DNA of 64,000 nucleotides, from the NCBI GenBank assembly GCA_964188305.1, contig OZ076900.1. One strand, given 5' to 3'. Below, in pieces: positions 1 to 18,200 of this stretch (positions are counted from its first letter, which is position 1; every line of letters begins with the position of its first letter). A program made the translations under genes and the position numbers. A model generated the notes under the pieces. It did not search any database and had not been told where the DNA came from. It was given only the letters and a program-made list of their open reading frames with translations. This stretch comes from Podarcis bocagei (taxonomy: Eukaryota).

Positions 1-1094
1 GCGTTTTTATTGTTAAGCAACAAATCAGTTCACAGAAGGAATTACTGAAGGCTGTTTACTTTCCACATGGCACATTTCACAACAGCCAGTAGTTTGATGT
101 TAAATTGTTGCTGTAACATCCAGCTGTCGTTTGCAGCTCTCATTTCCCCTTGAATGACGGTAGTGTGTGGGACCCCATAATAGAGCGTAACTCTCGTATC
201 CTCTTTAGCAGAAGTAATTTGTATGAGGACTGTATAGTGACACAACAAGCTTAGAAAAGTTTTAACTGTCATGTTTTCTTCCATTGAATTGTGGGAATTG
301 TAGTTTGTGAGAATACTGATACATCTCCATTAAAGATCCCCATCACAGCAGAACTATAGCTCTCAGGATTCCTTGGGCTTGGGCGCATCCAGGAGGGGGC
401 AGGGGGCAGCTGCCCCCACAGATAAAGTAAAACAATAAAAATACTTAATTAACTGAGGTTCTGCCCCCCCCCCATAAATTCTGGCTACACCTATGCCTTG
501 GGAAGATGGAATGACTGTTAAACCTATTTAATTATGGGGCATAGATATATATATGTATATAACACTGCTTTTTTTCAAGGGTACAATCACCTCTGTTTTA
601 TCTTGCAGAGGGTTAACAATAGCAGCTAGGAGGAAGATGTGCACATTAGTGGCATTAAGCCAAATTTAACCTCTTAGAATCATAGAATTATAGAATCTTA
701 GAGTCATAGAATCTTCTTGGTATAGGTCTTGTTATATTTTATAGGTATACAGGCTTCACAGGTTCTTCCTGAAGGCAGCTGAGCAAGCTGAGGAAGTCTG
801 TGCTCAAGTAACCCTAGGACAGCTCCCTCATCTTCTGCCTGGATGAATGCTAGGAAGTTGAATGGCAGGATATGGTGCAATACTATGAAACTGTGGGGTG
901 ACTCATACTATGTACATTTATTCAGATATTTATTCAGATATTAGTCCCACTGGGTGGTATCTGACTTAAGTCATAAAAGACCAATTAAAATCAATGTCTG
1001 CTGACTTCTGTAGGTTTACTCTGAGCATGGCTTAGGCTTCCAGACGGTTGCTGTTTTCAGGTGGGATGCAATCACATACTGGCAAATTTATGTA

Positions 1095-1310
1095 TTTATT
1101 TATTTGATTTATATCCCACTTTTCCTTTAAGGAGCTCAAAGTGGCATACATGGTTTCCCCGCTCCTTGTTCCATTCTCGCAACAATGCTGTAAGGTGGGT
1201 TAAGCTAAGAGACAGTGAATGGCCCAATCACCCAGTGAGCTTCATGGCTGAGGGAGATTTGAACCCTGGTCTACCAGGTCCTAATTCAACACTATAACCA
1301 CTGCACCACA
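1095..1310 (-). mobile_element. Old CORE/MIR-like tRNA-derived SINE
   Basis: Motif acaatgctgtaaggtgggttaagctaagaga...cacccagtgagcttcatggctgag. Related copies near 3880-3990, 14200-14350, 15775-15990, 18975-19180, 35545-36115 and 61310-61465. Confidence 0.6.
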
Positions 1311-1684
1311 CTAGCTTTAAATCCAGGTTGTGCAACTGAAGTTGATTTGGTGCTTTTGTGCAACAAACCTGCTTCCCCAATCCCATCAGAATTTTTATAA
1401 TAAGTGACAAGAAAACGCACTGGGAAGTGATGGATAATAATTGCTTGATGAAGTATCTCTGCAAACAATCAGAATAGAAGTTCTAGAAAAGATGGTGTGA
1501 CTGTTGTCTACCCTCCCCACAAATTTTGTGCAAATAAAAAAGAGCAAAGCGACCCTAATTGGATACCACCCATAGTGTGCAAAACTAAGTGTATTTAAGA
1601 TTCAAAAGCTCAACCTAAACAATATCCCTTCAGTGGATGGTTGTCTGTTTTTCCCATGGGGACTCTCAGTTGGACATTCTATGC

Positions 1685-1872
1685 CAGGGATGCCCAAACC
1701 TTTTTCAAAGAGGGCCAGATTTGATGAAGTGAACATGCGTGAAGGCCGACTTTTTTTGATTTTACCCCAAAGTTGTTGAGCTTTTTTAACAATTGTTGAG
1801 CTTTTTTAGGATTTGACCCCAATGAATAAACTGCCACAGGGGCCGGATAAAAACAGACTTTGGACGTGCCTG
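1685..1872. mobile_element. hAT-type MITE
   Basis: Ends CAGGGATGCCCAAAC ... CTTTGGACGTGCCTG (imperfect TIRs). Confidence 0.55.
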
Positions 1873-2331
1873 TGAATGCTTCATGTAAAAAGTCATGTGT
1901 GACTACTGCACGTGTGTGTGTGTGGAGGATCTTCTTTGTCTTATCTACCTCTATACATAAAGAAGAAAGATTATCTTACCCATCAAAAGAGTTTATTTGT
2001 TGCCAGCAAATATGGACCCTGGCAAGCTAGTACTTGATATAATGGTTTGAAAAGAGTTTTTCCTTTGCATTAATTATTGTCAGAAGCAGGGGCACGCCTA
2101 CAACTAGAGTTGCTACACCTGTGACTAAGGGGGAAATTGCAAGTTGATTTTTTCCCTAGTCACGAAAGCTTATGCAATTTTGAATATTTCCCAACACCTT
2201 ATACCTTCAAGCTATTGCACTGTTTTTATGAGGCTGCCATTCTCATGAACAGTTATGCCACTTTCAGACAATCTGTTAATTGAGCACTCACATTGATTTG
2301 GAAGTTTGCAGGAAGGTTAGACAACCCAGGC

Positions 2332-2467
2332 CAGGCATAGGCAAACTTGGCCCTCCAGATGTTTTGGGACTACAATTCCCACCATCCCTGACCACTGGTC
2401 CTGTTAACCAGGGATGATGGGAGTTATATTCCCAAAACATCTGGAGGGCCAAGTTTGCCTATGCCTG
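2332..2467. mobile_element. Palindromic hAT (MER5/Charlie-like) MITE
   Basis: Almost wholly self-complementary (CAGGCATAGGCAAACTTGGCCCTCCAGATGTTTTGGGA ... TCCCAAAACATCTGGAGGGCCAAGTTTGCCTATGCCTG). Degenerate 8-bp TSD acccaggc/acataggc. Confidence 0.8.
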
Positions 2468-4121
2468 ACATAGGCTATTTATTGAACATGCATTTTGATT
2501 TCTTTGCAGGGACATTAAGGAACACTGAGTCAAGCAAGTGTAAGCCCACACTTTCCATTTAATTTTCCTGTCACTTTTCTTATTGCAATAAGTCCATTTT
2601 GGGTGGGATGGGGAACAGGTTTGTTTGCAGTATTCTGGTGAAAAGAAAGAATGTAAGAAAAGCTTGCTAGATCAGGCAAGTGGCTAATTTAGTCCAGCAC
2701 CCTCTTCTCACAGTGGCCAACCAGATGCCTCAATGGGAAACCTGCAAGCAGGACCTGAGCACAGGAGCACGCTCCCCTTCTGCAGTTTCCAGCAATTGGA
2801 ATTAAGAACTAGAGGCAGAGAATGCCTATCATGGTTAGTAGCCATGGATATGCTTTTCCTCCATGAAATTGTCTAATAAGCCATATAAGTTGGTGGCCAT
2901 CACTGCCGCATGTGGGAGTGAGTTCCATAATAGTCCATTTCTTTTATTTCCTGAATCTTCCAACATTCAGCTTCATCGGATGCCCACAAATTATGGCATT
3001 ACAAGAAACAGAGAAAAGCACTCTCTATTCACTTTCTACATGCCATGCATAATGTTATAAACTGTCAGTTTGCATTTCTTAGTGCAGAAAGTATAGATCT
3101 GATGTATAGAGATCTTTCCTATTCTCCTTAATACACGAGGATTCTGGAAGCTACTCTGTGTGACAGAAGCAAGCAGAGGGGTTAATGATTGGGTTATACC
3201 TTCTGGGAAGCTGGTTTGAACTAGTTCTCTTATCTCTTCCAATTAAGGCATGCTGACTATAGAATGCTTAGTGTTAAGTTTTAGTCTTAAGTTTTTGTAA
3301 GTGCTGCAACTGGATTTTTATGGACTGTGTCAATCCTGAATGTACAGTATTTGGACTTGTGACCATTATGCTCATTTGCCTTCAGCACAAGTAAAGCTCT
3401 ACTGGATAAAATATTGCCTCTGGTCTATTTTTGGAAACTCTGCTACTTCGAGTTTAAGTTTTTCCTTCACACATACAACATAAATGTGTCACCTCTTCCT
3501 GGCCTTTTACCTACCGGTAATCATAAAGTCCCAAATACTGCAACTGTTGCTGGAGGCCTCCCAATCACTGTTGATTGTGGAACCTGAATTTACAGTCACA
3601 CAGCTGGATCCCACCAAAAAATAGCAGCAGTCTGTTGGTTACAAGTGGATGGCACTAGTATTGTTGTAGGGCAAATCTGCTGTTTCACTAGTACCATTAA
3701 CTACTCGTGAATCGGGCTGAAGAAAGAGTCCGTATTTAGGCTCCCCATTTTCTCCTACATTGAATGAACTGTGTTACAACACCATATAACACAGTTTGTC
3801 TGCTTAATTATATACTCCCTATTTTGTCTGGGAAACTCAAGGGTTGAAAACGAGGTTCCAACGTTATACCCTCACAATACCTCACAATAACCCTGTGAGG
3901 TAGGCTAGGCTGAAGCAGAATGACAGGTCTATCCTCGACCAGTGAGCTGCATGGCCTACAGAATATAGCAGCCAGCATCTGCCCCAGTCCTAGTCTGACA
4001 CTTTAACCGGTGCAAAGCAGCCTTCAGTACTGCCTACGGAGACATTGTGGCAGCCATAGGCACAGCAACCCATGCCTTTTTCTGCCCCCGCCTATAACAG
4101 GCTGCTAGGCCTCGTAACCAT

Positions 4122-4136
4122 AGAAACTTCCAGAAA
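4122..4136. promoter_or_regulatory. Canonical 3-unit heat shock element upstream of HSPA5
   Basis: AGAAA-CTTCC-AGAAA = nGAAn nTTCn nGAAn, about 335 bp upstream of the TATA box. Function not shown. Confidence 0.6.
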
Positions 4137-4348
4137 GAGCCAACCCTTCATGCCTAGAGATTTTTCCAACATGACGCCCAATTCCAGCCAATGAGCTCGC
4201 TCCGCTTGGCTCATGCAGCGGCCCTTGATTGGACTGCAACACCGGTAGAGCGGCCCAATGAGGCTCGAGGACGGCCGAGAGGAAAGAGAAGGGGTGGGGA
4301 AGGAAAGCGACACAACTAAGCCTGACGGAGCGGTGCGCGACGGGGGCC

Positions 4349-4476
4349 TGACGTCACAAACGGAGCGGACCTATCGGTTCCGGCCAGCTTGGTGGCAAGC
4401 GACCAATCGGGAGGCTCCAGCGAGAGAAAATGGGCCAATAGTGCGACTCCACGCAAGGCCACGGGAACGTATATAA
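4349..4476 (+). promoter_or_regulatory. HSPA5: HSPA5 core promoter: CRE, three ER-stress response elements, TATA box
   Basis: TGACGTCA at 4349-4356; CCTAT-N9-CCAGC at 4370-4388; CCAAT-N9-CCAGC at 4403-4421; perfect ERSE CCAAT-N9-CCACG at 4435-4453; TATATAA at 4470-4476. CpG-rich. Same layout as the mammalian GRP78 promoter. Confidence 0.9.
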
Positions 4477-4499
4477 GAGCCGAGGGGGACTATCTGGGC

Positions 4500-4595
4500 C
4501 AGACCGTGATCTTTGAGTGAGAAAATCACAATTTAGATCGTTGCGTTCGTCGGATAGAGCGTGAGGCGACCGCGAGGTCCTGTTACCTAATACAG
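4500..4595 (+). other. HSPA5: Probable non-coding exon 1 of HSPA5 (start approximate)
   Basis: Begins about 25-30 nt after the TATA box and ends at a consensus donor CAG|GTAAGG. The ATG is 1.17 kb downstream. Confidence 0.7.
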
Positions 4596-5766
4596 GTAAG
4601 GCTCGGGGTGGCCTAGTGCTTGAGCGGAGGAGAGGGCGGAGGCCGGGGCCTAACTAGAAGGGGAGGGCGGCGTCTCCAAATCTATCGGGCCTTGTGGGGT
4701 CCCCCTTGCCCTCAAAATGCCCCTTCGTTCTCATTTATCCAGGTTCCCATTGAGAAAAATCCTATTGCGGCTCACGGTCCAAAGCGCGCCATTTTTATTC
4801 CCATTTCCTGCCAGTTCCATATTCCCCTTGGTGGTGGTGGGGTGGCGATTGCAACAGTATTTGGCATGCATGAATGAATAAAAGGGGTTTATATCGCAGA
4901 ATAGGAACAGAGATTTGTGCGGGGTATTCTTTTTCGTTCCCCTTGCTCCTTATCGGGGAGAGGGGATTTATGCAAAAAGTAGAACTTGCTAGACGTCTCT
5001 GTATGGTGTTTGTTTTGTATATTGATAACCTTTACCGGTTTGGGGTAAATAGTAATGGCTGGGTTTCTGGTGGTGAGTACAGCGACTACTCCCTTCTCCC
5101 ACTTTTTACGATGGTTTTCTTATGAGAATGGGTGAAGGCAAAACAGCTGTGGTTGTAGTGAACAATGTTAATTATTTGGTTCGAGGCTGCTACTCGTTTT
5201 ACAGTTGCTCCGTATACCAAAAAATGGGAGGGGGGAGCAGGCTATCTCTGGCACTGGATTACCAATTTACTCTTTGCCTTTAATGTTGGGATTGTCTGAA
5301 CTAAAGTTAAGAGGTTGGTAGCCCTTTTTTGATGTGTTACGTTTTGCAGCTTTTACACACTGCCTTTCCACATGATTTTTCTCAATGAATGTCTGTAGAA
5401 TTTAGCGCAGTGTGTGGGTTCACATTCATGTTTAAGTATCACAACAGCTACATATTTTCTTAACCCCTTGGCTGCCTTTTCCTTGAACAGAAAAGTTTCC
5501 TTTGTATAGGATTTAGGGTGTTTCCTTTGAGCCGCCTGCATGTTTGCAGGCTGTGGGTCTTGGTAGCCTCTAGTCCTGATTGGCCTTCCCAGCCTTTGCT
5601 AATGATATGTGGGACCAGTAATACTTACTCTGTAAATCTGCCCCCGTTTCTGTTAAATGGGCATCATGGTATTGTCTTTTTGCTCATAGTATTGCCACTG
5701 ATGATTGATTTTACTTATTACAGGGTTTTTTTCTCCCTGATTGTGAATACTTGGTACAAGGGCAAA

Positions 5767-10904
<5,138 letters not shown>

Positions 10905-11191
10905 ACATCAGTTTCCTAGATGTTGATGCTGTAAATATTGGACTTTGAACTTTTGTTTAAACTATTTGAACTCTAGATTTGGAATGTGATCTGAATCTTC
11001 ACATTGGGTGGAGTTGGAAATGCTAGCCCAAAAGTGGCTGTATACTGCTTTTCATTAGCAGTTGATAAATGTCCAGCAGGGGGGTGGGCAACCTGACACA
11101 GGGAGCGGGTGAAGTATTGAAACCATTCTATTTAACAAGTTGGGTTGTGTGTGTTATGTGGAGAACTTTTCTACCCTCCACAAGTGACAAC

Positions 11192-11197
11192 AATAAA
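11192..11197 (+). terminator. HSPA5: HSPA5 poly(A) signal
   Basis: AATAAA about 290 nt after the stop codon, followed by GT/T-rich sequence. Confidence 0.7.
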
Positions 11198-12192
11198 TTT
11201 GTTACTTACACTGGATCTGGGTCTATTTGATCTTTGTAACACAAATGCTTATAGGAACTAAGAACATACCAGGACCAGAGCTATAGTTCTGTCTGCATGC
11301 TTCTTGGTCTGACCCCCTCAGACACCACCTTCCTCAGAGCAGAATACAATTGGGCGAAGAATTATTCCCATGCATGTCTGCTGGGTGGTAGCAGGCCATT
11401 AGGTGATGACTTGGCATATGTGGACAAGCCATAGAAGCATTAGAATCAGAATTGTACAGTTGCAAGATGCCCTCAGGGTCATCTAGTGGTCCTTAATGTT
11501 TGCATGTTTTGTTTCTAGATGAAAAGTGATGTGTAAATGAGCTCAGAGTAAGTATGCATTATTGTGCCAGGTCAGAATACCTCAAGCTGGATCTCTGGAT
11601 AATTTAAGGAATTTCAGGCCCAGAAATATACAAGAGATAAGCTAAGGGCTGGACCCAAGCACACAAGGGAGATGATTTTGGATAAGTTAATCCCTAGCTT
11701 TATCAGCTGCTCAACTCTGCAGTTTGTTTGCTTGATCACACAAGAAGCAGCCCATCTACTATTTTAGTTAACCATAACTAACTCTGAGAGCCATGATGTG
11801 TTGCTTATTTAATATTCAAGCTGTCTGGCTCTTTCGTCAACATAAGCTAATGCAATGAAACCACTTTGCCAATAACCTGTGTTAATTACAATCTGCTGCC
11901 CATTGTTGGCAAAAGCTGTGTGCCCTTAGGAGTTAATGGTACTTTCCTATCTGTACTGAACTGTTTCAGTGCAGTAAATTTGTTATATGGGAAATTGTCC
12001 AATCCTGAACCCTCCAGCACTAATTCTTATTAGCTTCTTCTAACACATCCTGATTCACCCCATTCCAGCCACTGGACACGCTGAAACTTTCAAGAGGCAG
12101 AAATAGCGCACACACTTAATTTGTAGTCCTCCGGCACAAATTGTGGATTGTCTTGCATTACAAGGAGGGAGGCAGATTTAGATTATTAAACA

Positions 12193-12212
12193 TTTATTTA
12201 AAACATTTTATT
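12193..12212 (-). terminator. RABEPK: RABEPK poly(A) signals; one overlaps the stop codon
   Basis: TTTATT on the + strand at 12207-12212 and 12193-12198. Confidence 0.6.
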
Positions 12213-15200
12213 TAAGAAGAGTTACAGCACTGTCTTTGTAGATTTCCCCTTTAATATCCATTCCACCAAACACTAAGCACAAGTGTTCATCTGGGCAGCC
12301 TTGAGATAGATTGTCTCCATTAGAGCCTCCAGCTCCTTCCTTCCTGTTGCTGTCCTCACTGGAAGACACTTTCCATGGAACAACACACATAGACTGGTCC
12401 AGACGAGCAGAAGGCACAGGAGTTTTAAACTCCAACTTTGTCCAATGTCCCTTTTCTGCAGTTAAAAATAAATAAATAGAAAACTATGCAAAAGAGGGGG
12501 GGAAAGCAGCAGCTTCTTGTAAATTAAAACATCACTATTTGTCAATCTTAAAAGAGAGCTGGAAAATTAGACCTGAAGCTTCTACAGGGAGTGGAAATAT
12601 TGGGGATCTCTTTTCCCTCAACATTTTAAGTGACATACATGTGAATAGTGGTGGCTTCCAGCTATATGGTTTTAAAAGCAGCAAAGAAAGATTCTTGGAG
12701 GATATGGCAAACCAGTTGTTTGGAATCAAAAAGGGGAGACTGCAGTTTCGTACAATTCCTGCTTGCAGGCTGCTGACTGAGAACAGTATGTGGGGCTATT
12801 TAGACCAGAAGGGCTCTTGTGGGTGTTATGGAACACTGAAACACTGAGCGGCTCTTAGGCACCTTTCAAACTATTCCCATCTAGACCAGGAGTAAGAAAC
12901 TCATGGCCTGCCAGATGCTGTTGGATTCCTAACTTCCATCAGCTCCAACCAGCATGGCCAAGGGCGGGGATTCAGCAACATATTGCAGAGCCACAAGTTC
13001 AGATGGGTTGGGTAAAAATAATAAATTACGTACTATTATTCCTGATCTAGCCCACTGCTGCCTAATACTGAGAGCAGCTCCTCAAGGTTTCCACTAGGAG
13101 AGAGAGAGAGGCCCCTTTCCTATCACCTGCTGCAAAAGATCCTTTTAACTGGAGAATATTTGGGATTAAACCTGGGACCTTTCTGCATGCAAAACACCTG
13201 CTCCTTCACTGAGCTATAGATGCTTTTGATAAACATGAAGCTGCCTTATTCCATATCAGATTTCTTTTGCACACGTAGCCCAGGTGTGCCTACTCTGAAT
13301 TGACCACAACTTTCCAGGGTTGCAAGCAGATCTGTTTCAATAGCACCTGTTCCCTGATGCTCCTCCCTCTCCATCTTGTTAAAAAATTGCAGACTTAAGG
13401 AACTAAGCCTGGAACCTTTTTCATGCAACAGGTGAGCTCTACCTCTGATCTACCACTCCCTTTAGTATGTGGTGACAGTGTTTATAATCCGGGGCGGGGG
13501 GAGTCACACTACATAATCAGAGGCCACGTAAGCACTCTCTGTTTTGGATTACAGCTCCCATCAGCTTCAGCCACTACTAGCTTCAGATAAGATTGTCATG
13601 CGGGGAGGTTACATGGCTGGGGCTTCCATCTCAAAATTGCTGGCGATGGCACATACGCAAAGAGGACTCCCCAGTATAATGTTCCCAAGGGAAGCTAACC
13701 AAAAATATCATAAGAAACACCCACCTATGTGATATTTATACATTGTGTCCAGTGCTCCTGTTGGGTCCATTCCACCAAATATATACAAATGGCCCTGAAA
13801 CACAACTGCTGAGTGGGCTGCCCGCCCTGCTGGTACAGATCCAGTAGCCGACAGGGTCTCCCACTTCATTTCAGCTGCAAGCATATTAAACCAATCCACA
13901 TCAGTGCTCATCAGGTGCAAAACTTAAGCAAATTGAGCTTGAAACACACATAACAGGGCTGCATGCACATTCAGCGATTCTGCAACAGGAAAATGAATTT
14001 GGTAAAGAGTTTGGGACAGTTACTTCAAAGTTAAGTTTCTAGCTGTAATGACAGCAAAGATTATTGGGGGCGGTGGCCTAAACAGATGGGAAATGCCTGG
14101 AAAATAGGAAGCAAAGGAAGGCTAAATGGTATTTAGAATTTGTTTTTCCCATTAATGTCTGCCTTTCCATAAAGGAACTTGTGGCAGCATACACGGTTAT
14201 CCTCCCCTTTCCTCCCTTGTATCCTCACAACCCTGCACGGTAGGTTAGACTGAGAGATTTTGCCTAACCTAAGGTCACCCAGAGAGCTCTGAGTGGGGAT
14301 CTGATTCCTCGTCTTCCTGGATCTTGTCAAACGCTACCCACTACCCCACACCACCTCTTAAGGCTGTACCACAATTCTGTAGTAACACAGCCTGCAGGTG
14401 GAAACTGTAATCAGGATCCTACAGTATTTCTCACATTCTTAGCCTTTAAGGCTTTATAATGTGTGGCTTCTAAAAGTTAAAGATCTATGGGTTGTTGTTT
14501 TTTAAAGGCAAGGTGGGAAGATAATAATCCCTTTCCACAAAGTTTGCACCACTGAGTACTTACTTGTATCAAAGCAGAAGAGATCATCAAAAAAGGTATC
14601 ACCAGCCAATCCGCCATGTATGTACAGCCTGTTCTCGACAGCCACCACGGCATGGCCATGTCGAGGAGCAGGAGGGTCGCCCCGAACTTCTGGCTGCAGC
14701 CATGTCAGAGTGGCTACAGGTGGCAAGAGAGAAATGTATTAAGATGAAGCAACAGCTACCTCAAGGGCCTTGCTCCCTGCTTCCCACACATAGGGTTAAA
14801 AGGCCTACATTAGTCATGTTTATCCATTTCAACGGGTTTTCTCTAAGTAGGACTAACAGGATTCAACTCCTACTTTGCTCCATCTGCTGCCAGGCCCAGG
14901 GGAATCAGCTAAACATTTGGTTTGGGAAATATCTGCACAGAAGCAGAGGAAGCTTACCAGAGTCAAAGATGTGAAGCTGCTGGTCTTTGACTGGATCCAC
15001 CCCTTTATCACCTCCTCCAAATACATATAAACGGTCCCCAATCACTGCTGAGGATGTATGATAAGTCCGAGGGGATGGTGGAGTGCCGCTCACCTTAGGA
15101 CTCATCCAAGTTCCAGCTTCTAACGTGGAAAACAAAAATATTTGTAAGCTACAATATAGAAAAATTGGGGATGGTACACAAGTAAATTATAGGCACAGAA

Positions 15201-18200
15201 AATGAGGGTGGGTGCAAATTACACGTCACGTGTGGAAGAAAGAAATGGAATTCCTAGTCCCCTTTGGTTACCAGGCGAGTGCTTAAATGAAAGGCTGATC
15301 TGGTGGTACTTTGATTCAAAAGAATGTCAAAGAGAAACTAGAACTTGAAACTACTGAACTGTAGTTCCTCAAGAGATTTAGTGCTATAGGTTAGGGACTG
15401 AAATGAAACATTTTGGGGGTTTTAAATCAAATTACATGTGCCAGTTTGCTGACCAACGGCTTGGATGTTAGGATGCTATAAACCAACTATTTTGTGTGTA
15501 TGTCAATGGCCACTGTTAAAACACAATTATCACCATCTCTACATATTATTTCCTTCTGATCTCACAATTCCACCTTCTGACCCACCAGTGCAGTAACTCA
15601 GGATAATACTTCATGCATCTAAAGAAGTCAGATTGTAGTGCGCATAGGCTGATGCCATAATAAATTTATTAGATATAGACAGTGACACAAGACACTGTTG
15701 TTTTTGCTGCAGTACAATAACCCAGCTACCACTCTGAAATAAGTTTTATTGTTATTTTCATCATCTAACAGATAGGCAGTGTGGTGTAGTGGTAAGATTG
15801 TTGGACTAAGTCCTGAGAAACTAGGGTTCAACCCCCTGATTAAGGCCAAGTGAACTTGGACTAATCACTCTCTCCTAGCTTAACCTACCTCACTGGGTTG
15901 TTGTGAGGATAACCATTCTCAGGAGAGCTATATTTGCCGCTCTGAGCTCGTTGGTGGGATAGTGAGATGCAAATATTGGATATGAATAAATTTAGAAATT
16001 GGACAGCTGCATGTTTGAAATCTTAAAAAAAAAATACTCCAAGAATTAATAAAATGAAAAGGAAATGACTAATACTCACGGAGGTCCAGAACTTGCACAC
16101 AATTCCTGTTCCCAGTTTCACTGGCTCCTCCAAACACCCAGAGGCTCGTGGGCCAGCTTGTGGGAATGAAGGTGGCATGCTCATACCGCGGCAAGAGACC
16201 CCGCCAGGCAGGTGCCGTCCAGCAGTGTGCATCTGGGAGCCAGAAAGACATGTAAGAGCCTGGTAGTGGGATCAGGTCAAAGGGGGCTCATCTAGTCCAG
16301 CATCCTGTTCTCACAGCAGCACCTGATTCCGGGCAGTGTGGGTGCTTCCCATACATAGGGCGCCAAAAGAGGGAGAGCAAAATTGAGATGGTCCATTTCG
16401 GTGTGCCAAATTTTGTCATAACTCAGCACACCATATTACCAAAGATTACCAAAGTCTGCCCCTGCTCAGAGTCCAGCCAGATGCCCCAATGCAAAGCCCA
16501 CAAGCAGGACCTAAAAGCAGCAGCACTCTCTGCAATTGCTGTCAGGTAAAGGGTGGATGGGCAGGGCTTTCCCAAAATGGCCTGGTGGGCCAAATGGAGT
16601 GGACTGGTGAGCCAGGTTTGGCCCGTGGGCCAGAGGTCCTCCTCTCTTTCCCTATGGCAATGGCACCACCAGGGCAGAGCTTTTTGGAAGAAGTCCAGGG
16701 CACCAAAATGCCACAGGGCTCCTTTGAGTGTCGAGACCCTGCAGCCACCCCCTCGTTGGAAAATAACTCACACAAGGACACAGATACTAAGTGTATGTTA
16801 TTGGGCAAATTTGGCCACAACTTTATTGAATTACAGAATGTGAGCAGTATTGGCTTAGGCATTGATTGGACCTGACTATATCTGACTCCTGCCCACTGTG
16901 CGGGAAGTCCAGTAAGGGTAAACCACCGGTAGGGGGAGCCCTGTCCATGCAAGAGGAAGTCCTCCGGCTCACTCCTCAGTTTAAACTGTCCCCGGCCACA
17001 CCCCACCGGCCAGCGGATTGGCTGGCCGGGCTCTGACGTGGCCGGGATACCCCCAGGCAACGGGAGACAAAGTCCCTCGCCCCCCCCCCCCGGAGTGAGT
17101 GGCCACATGGTCCACCGCAACTCCTCCCCACTGGGAAGTGGAGCAGATTTACCACATTTGGAAACCTGGTGAAGAAATACAGATCGTCACCTAAAGAGGG
17201 AGAAAGAACCCCATGAATCCAAGTCTAAAATTACTGCATTGCAGCCATGAGGACCAGGAACTTGCTTTTTTTTTTACAAAAAACAAATCAAAAGCAGTTT
17301 GCTTGAGAAGCTGAATTCTGCCACATCTCATATGCTTCCTTCCTGCTCTAATGACACTCTAGCCCTTACCAAGATCCATGACGTAGGAGTCGGCAAAACT
17401 GCCACTCGGGTCTGCTCCCCCGACAAGGATGACTTTCCCTTTCCTGCTGCCTGGCTCTGCAGGAGGTAGGTACAAGGAGTTCTGCCCCACACGGGCACAG
17501 GGACTGTCCCCAGGTAGGTGAAGGGCATACCTGGCATGGAGAAATAAGCAAAAGGGATCTCAGCAAGGCTGCTGTTCCATGTGGAGCAGAAGATGGAGCG
17601 TGTCTCTTTAAGCCTGCAATGCTATCTATGCACACTTACCCAGGAGTAAACACCATCAAACAAACATGCATAAATGGTGTAGCCGCTACTAGGATGAGCT
17701 GGGAACCAGGGTAACCCTGGGCCATGAACTCAGTCAGAGAGTCCCAGGGAAGTCACTCTCAGCCTCTCCATCTACAACATGGGGATAAAACAAGGCTGGG
17801 TAACCTTGCTGGGCTGTTCTATGGATTATTGAGGGCGTATGTGCAAAATACTATGAATACCCCAATCTTATTATTCATACAAGAGTGAAACAAATGCTGC
17901 AGTATGGACTCTGCCAGACAGCCTCTCTTCCAGGATACTCCATTCCACCACCAAATTTTCTCCTCCCTGCTTCTCAGAAGCCAGCCATTATTCCTTGCTC
18001 AGTGTGTACATTTCACCCTAAGTGAGCTGTTTTGCCCTCTCTGGGTTCAATCACTTGCCCCCCTAAAAAGTTCATTTTAAACTTTTGAAAAACTTCAAGT
18101 TCTTCCAAGCCTGTTGTGGGCGGATGGTGCTGTTTTACCTCCATGAGATCACATACCAGAAGATGCTATGCAGCGTTTGCCAAATGGATGCCCTCCAGGT

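Noticed and set aside
42-284. 80-aa minus-strand ORF as a possible exon of an upstream gene such as GAPVD1
   Set aside because: No recognisable similarity or convincing splice sites; may be decayed LINE sequence.
1471-1490. Second heat-shock element (AGAAGTTCTAGAAA)
   Set aside because: Only two pentamers are in phase and it lies 3 kb from the promoter.
2120-2175. Hairpin followed by GAAAGCT resembling a hammerhead
   Set aside because: No CUGANGA box upstream of the stem.
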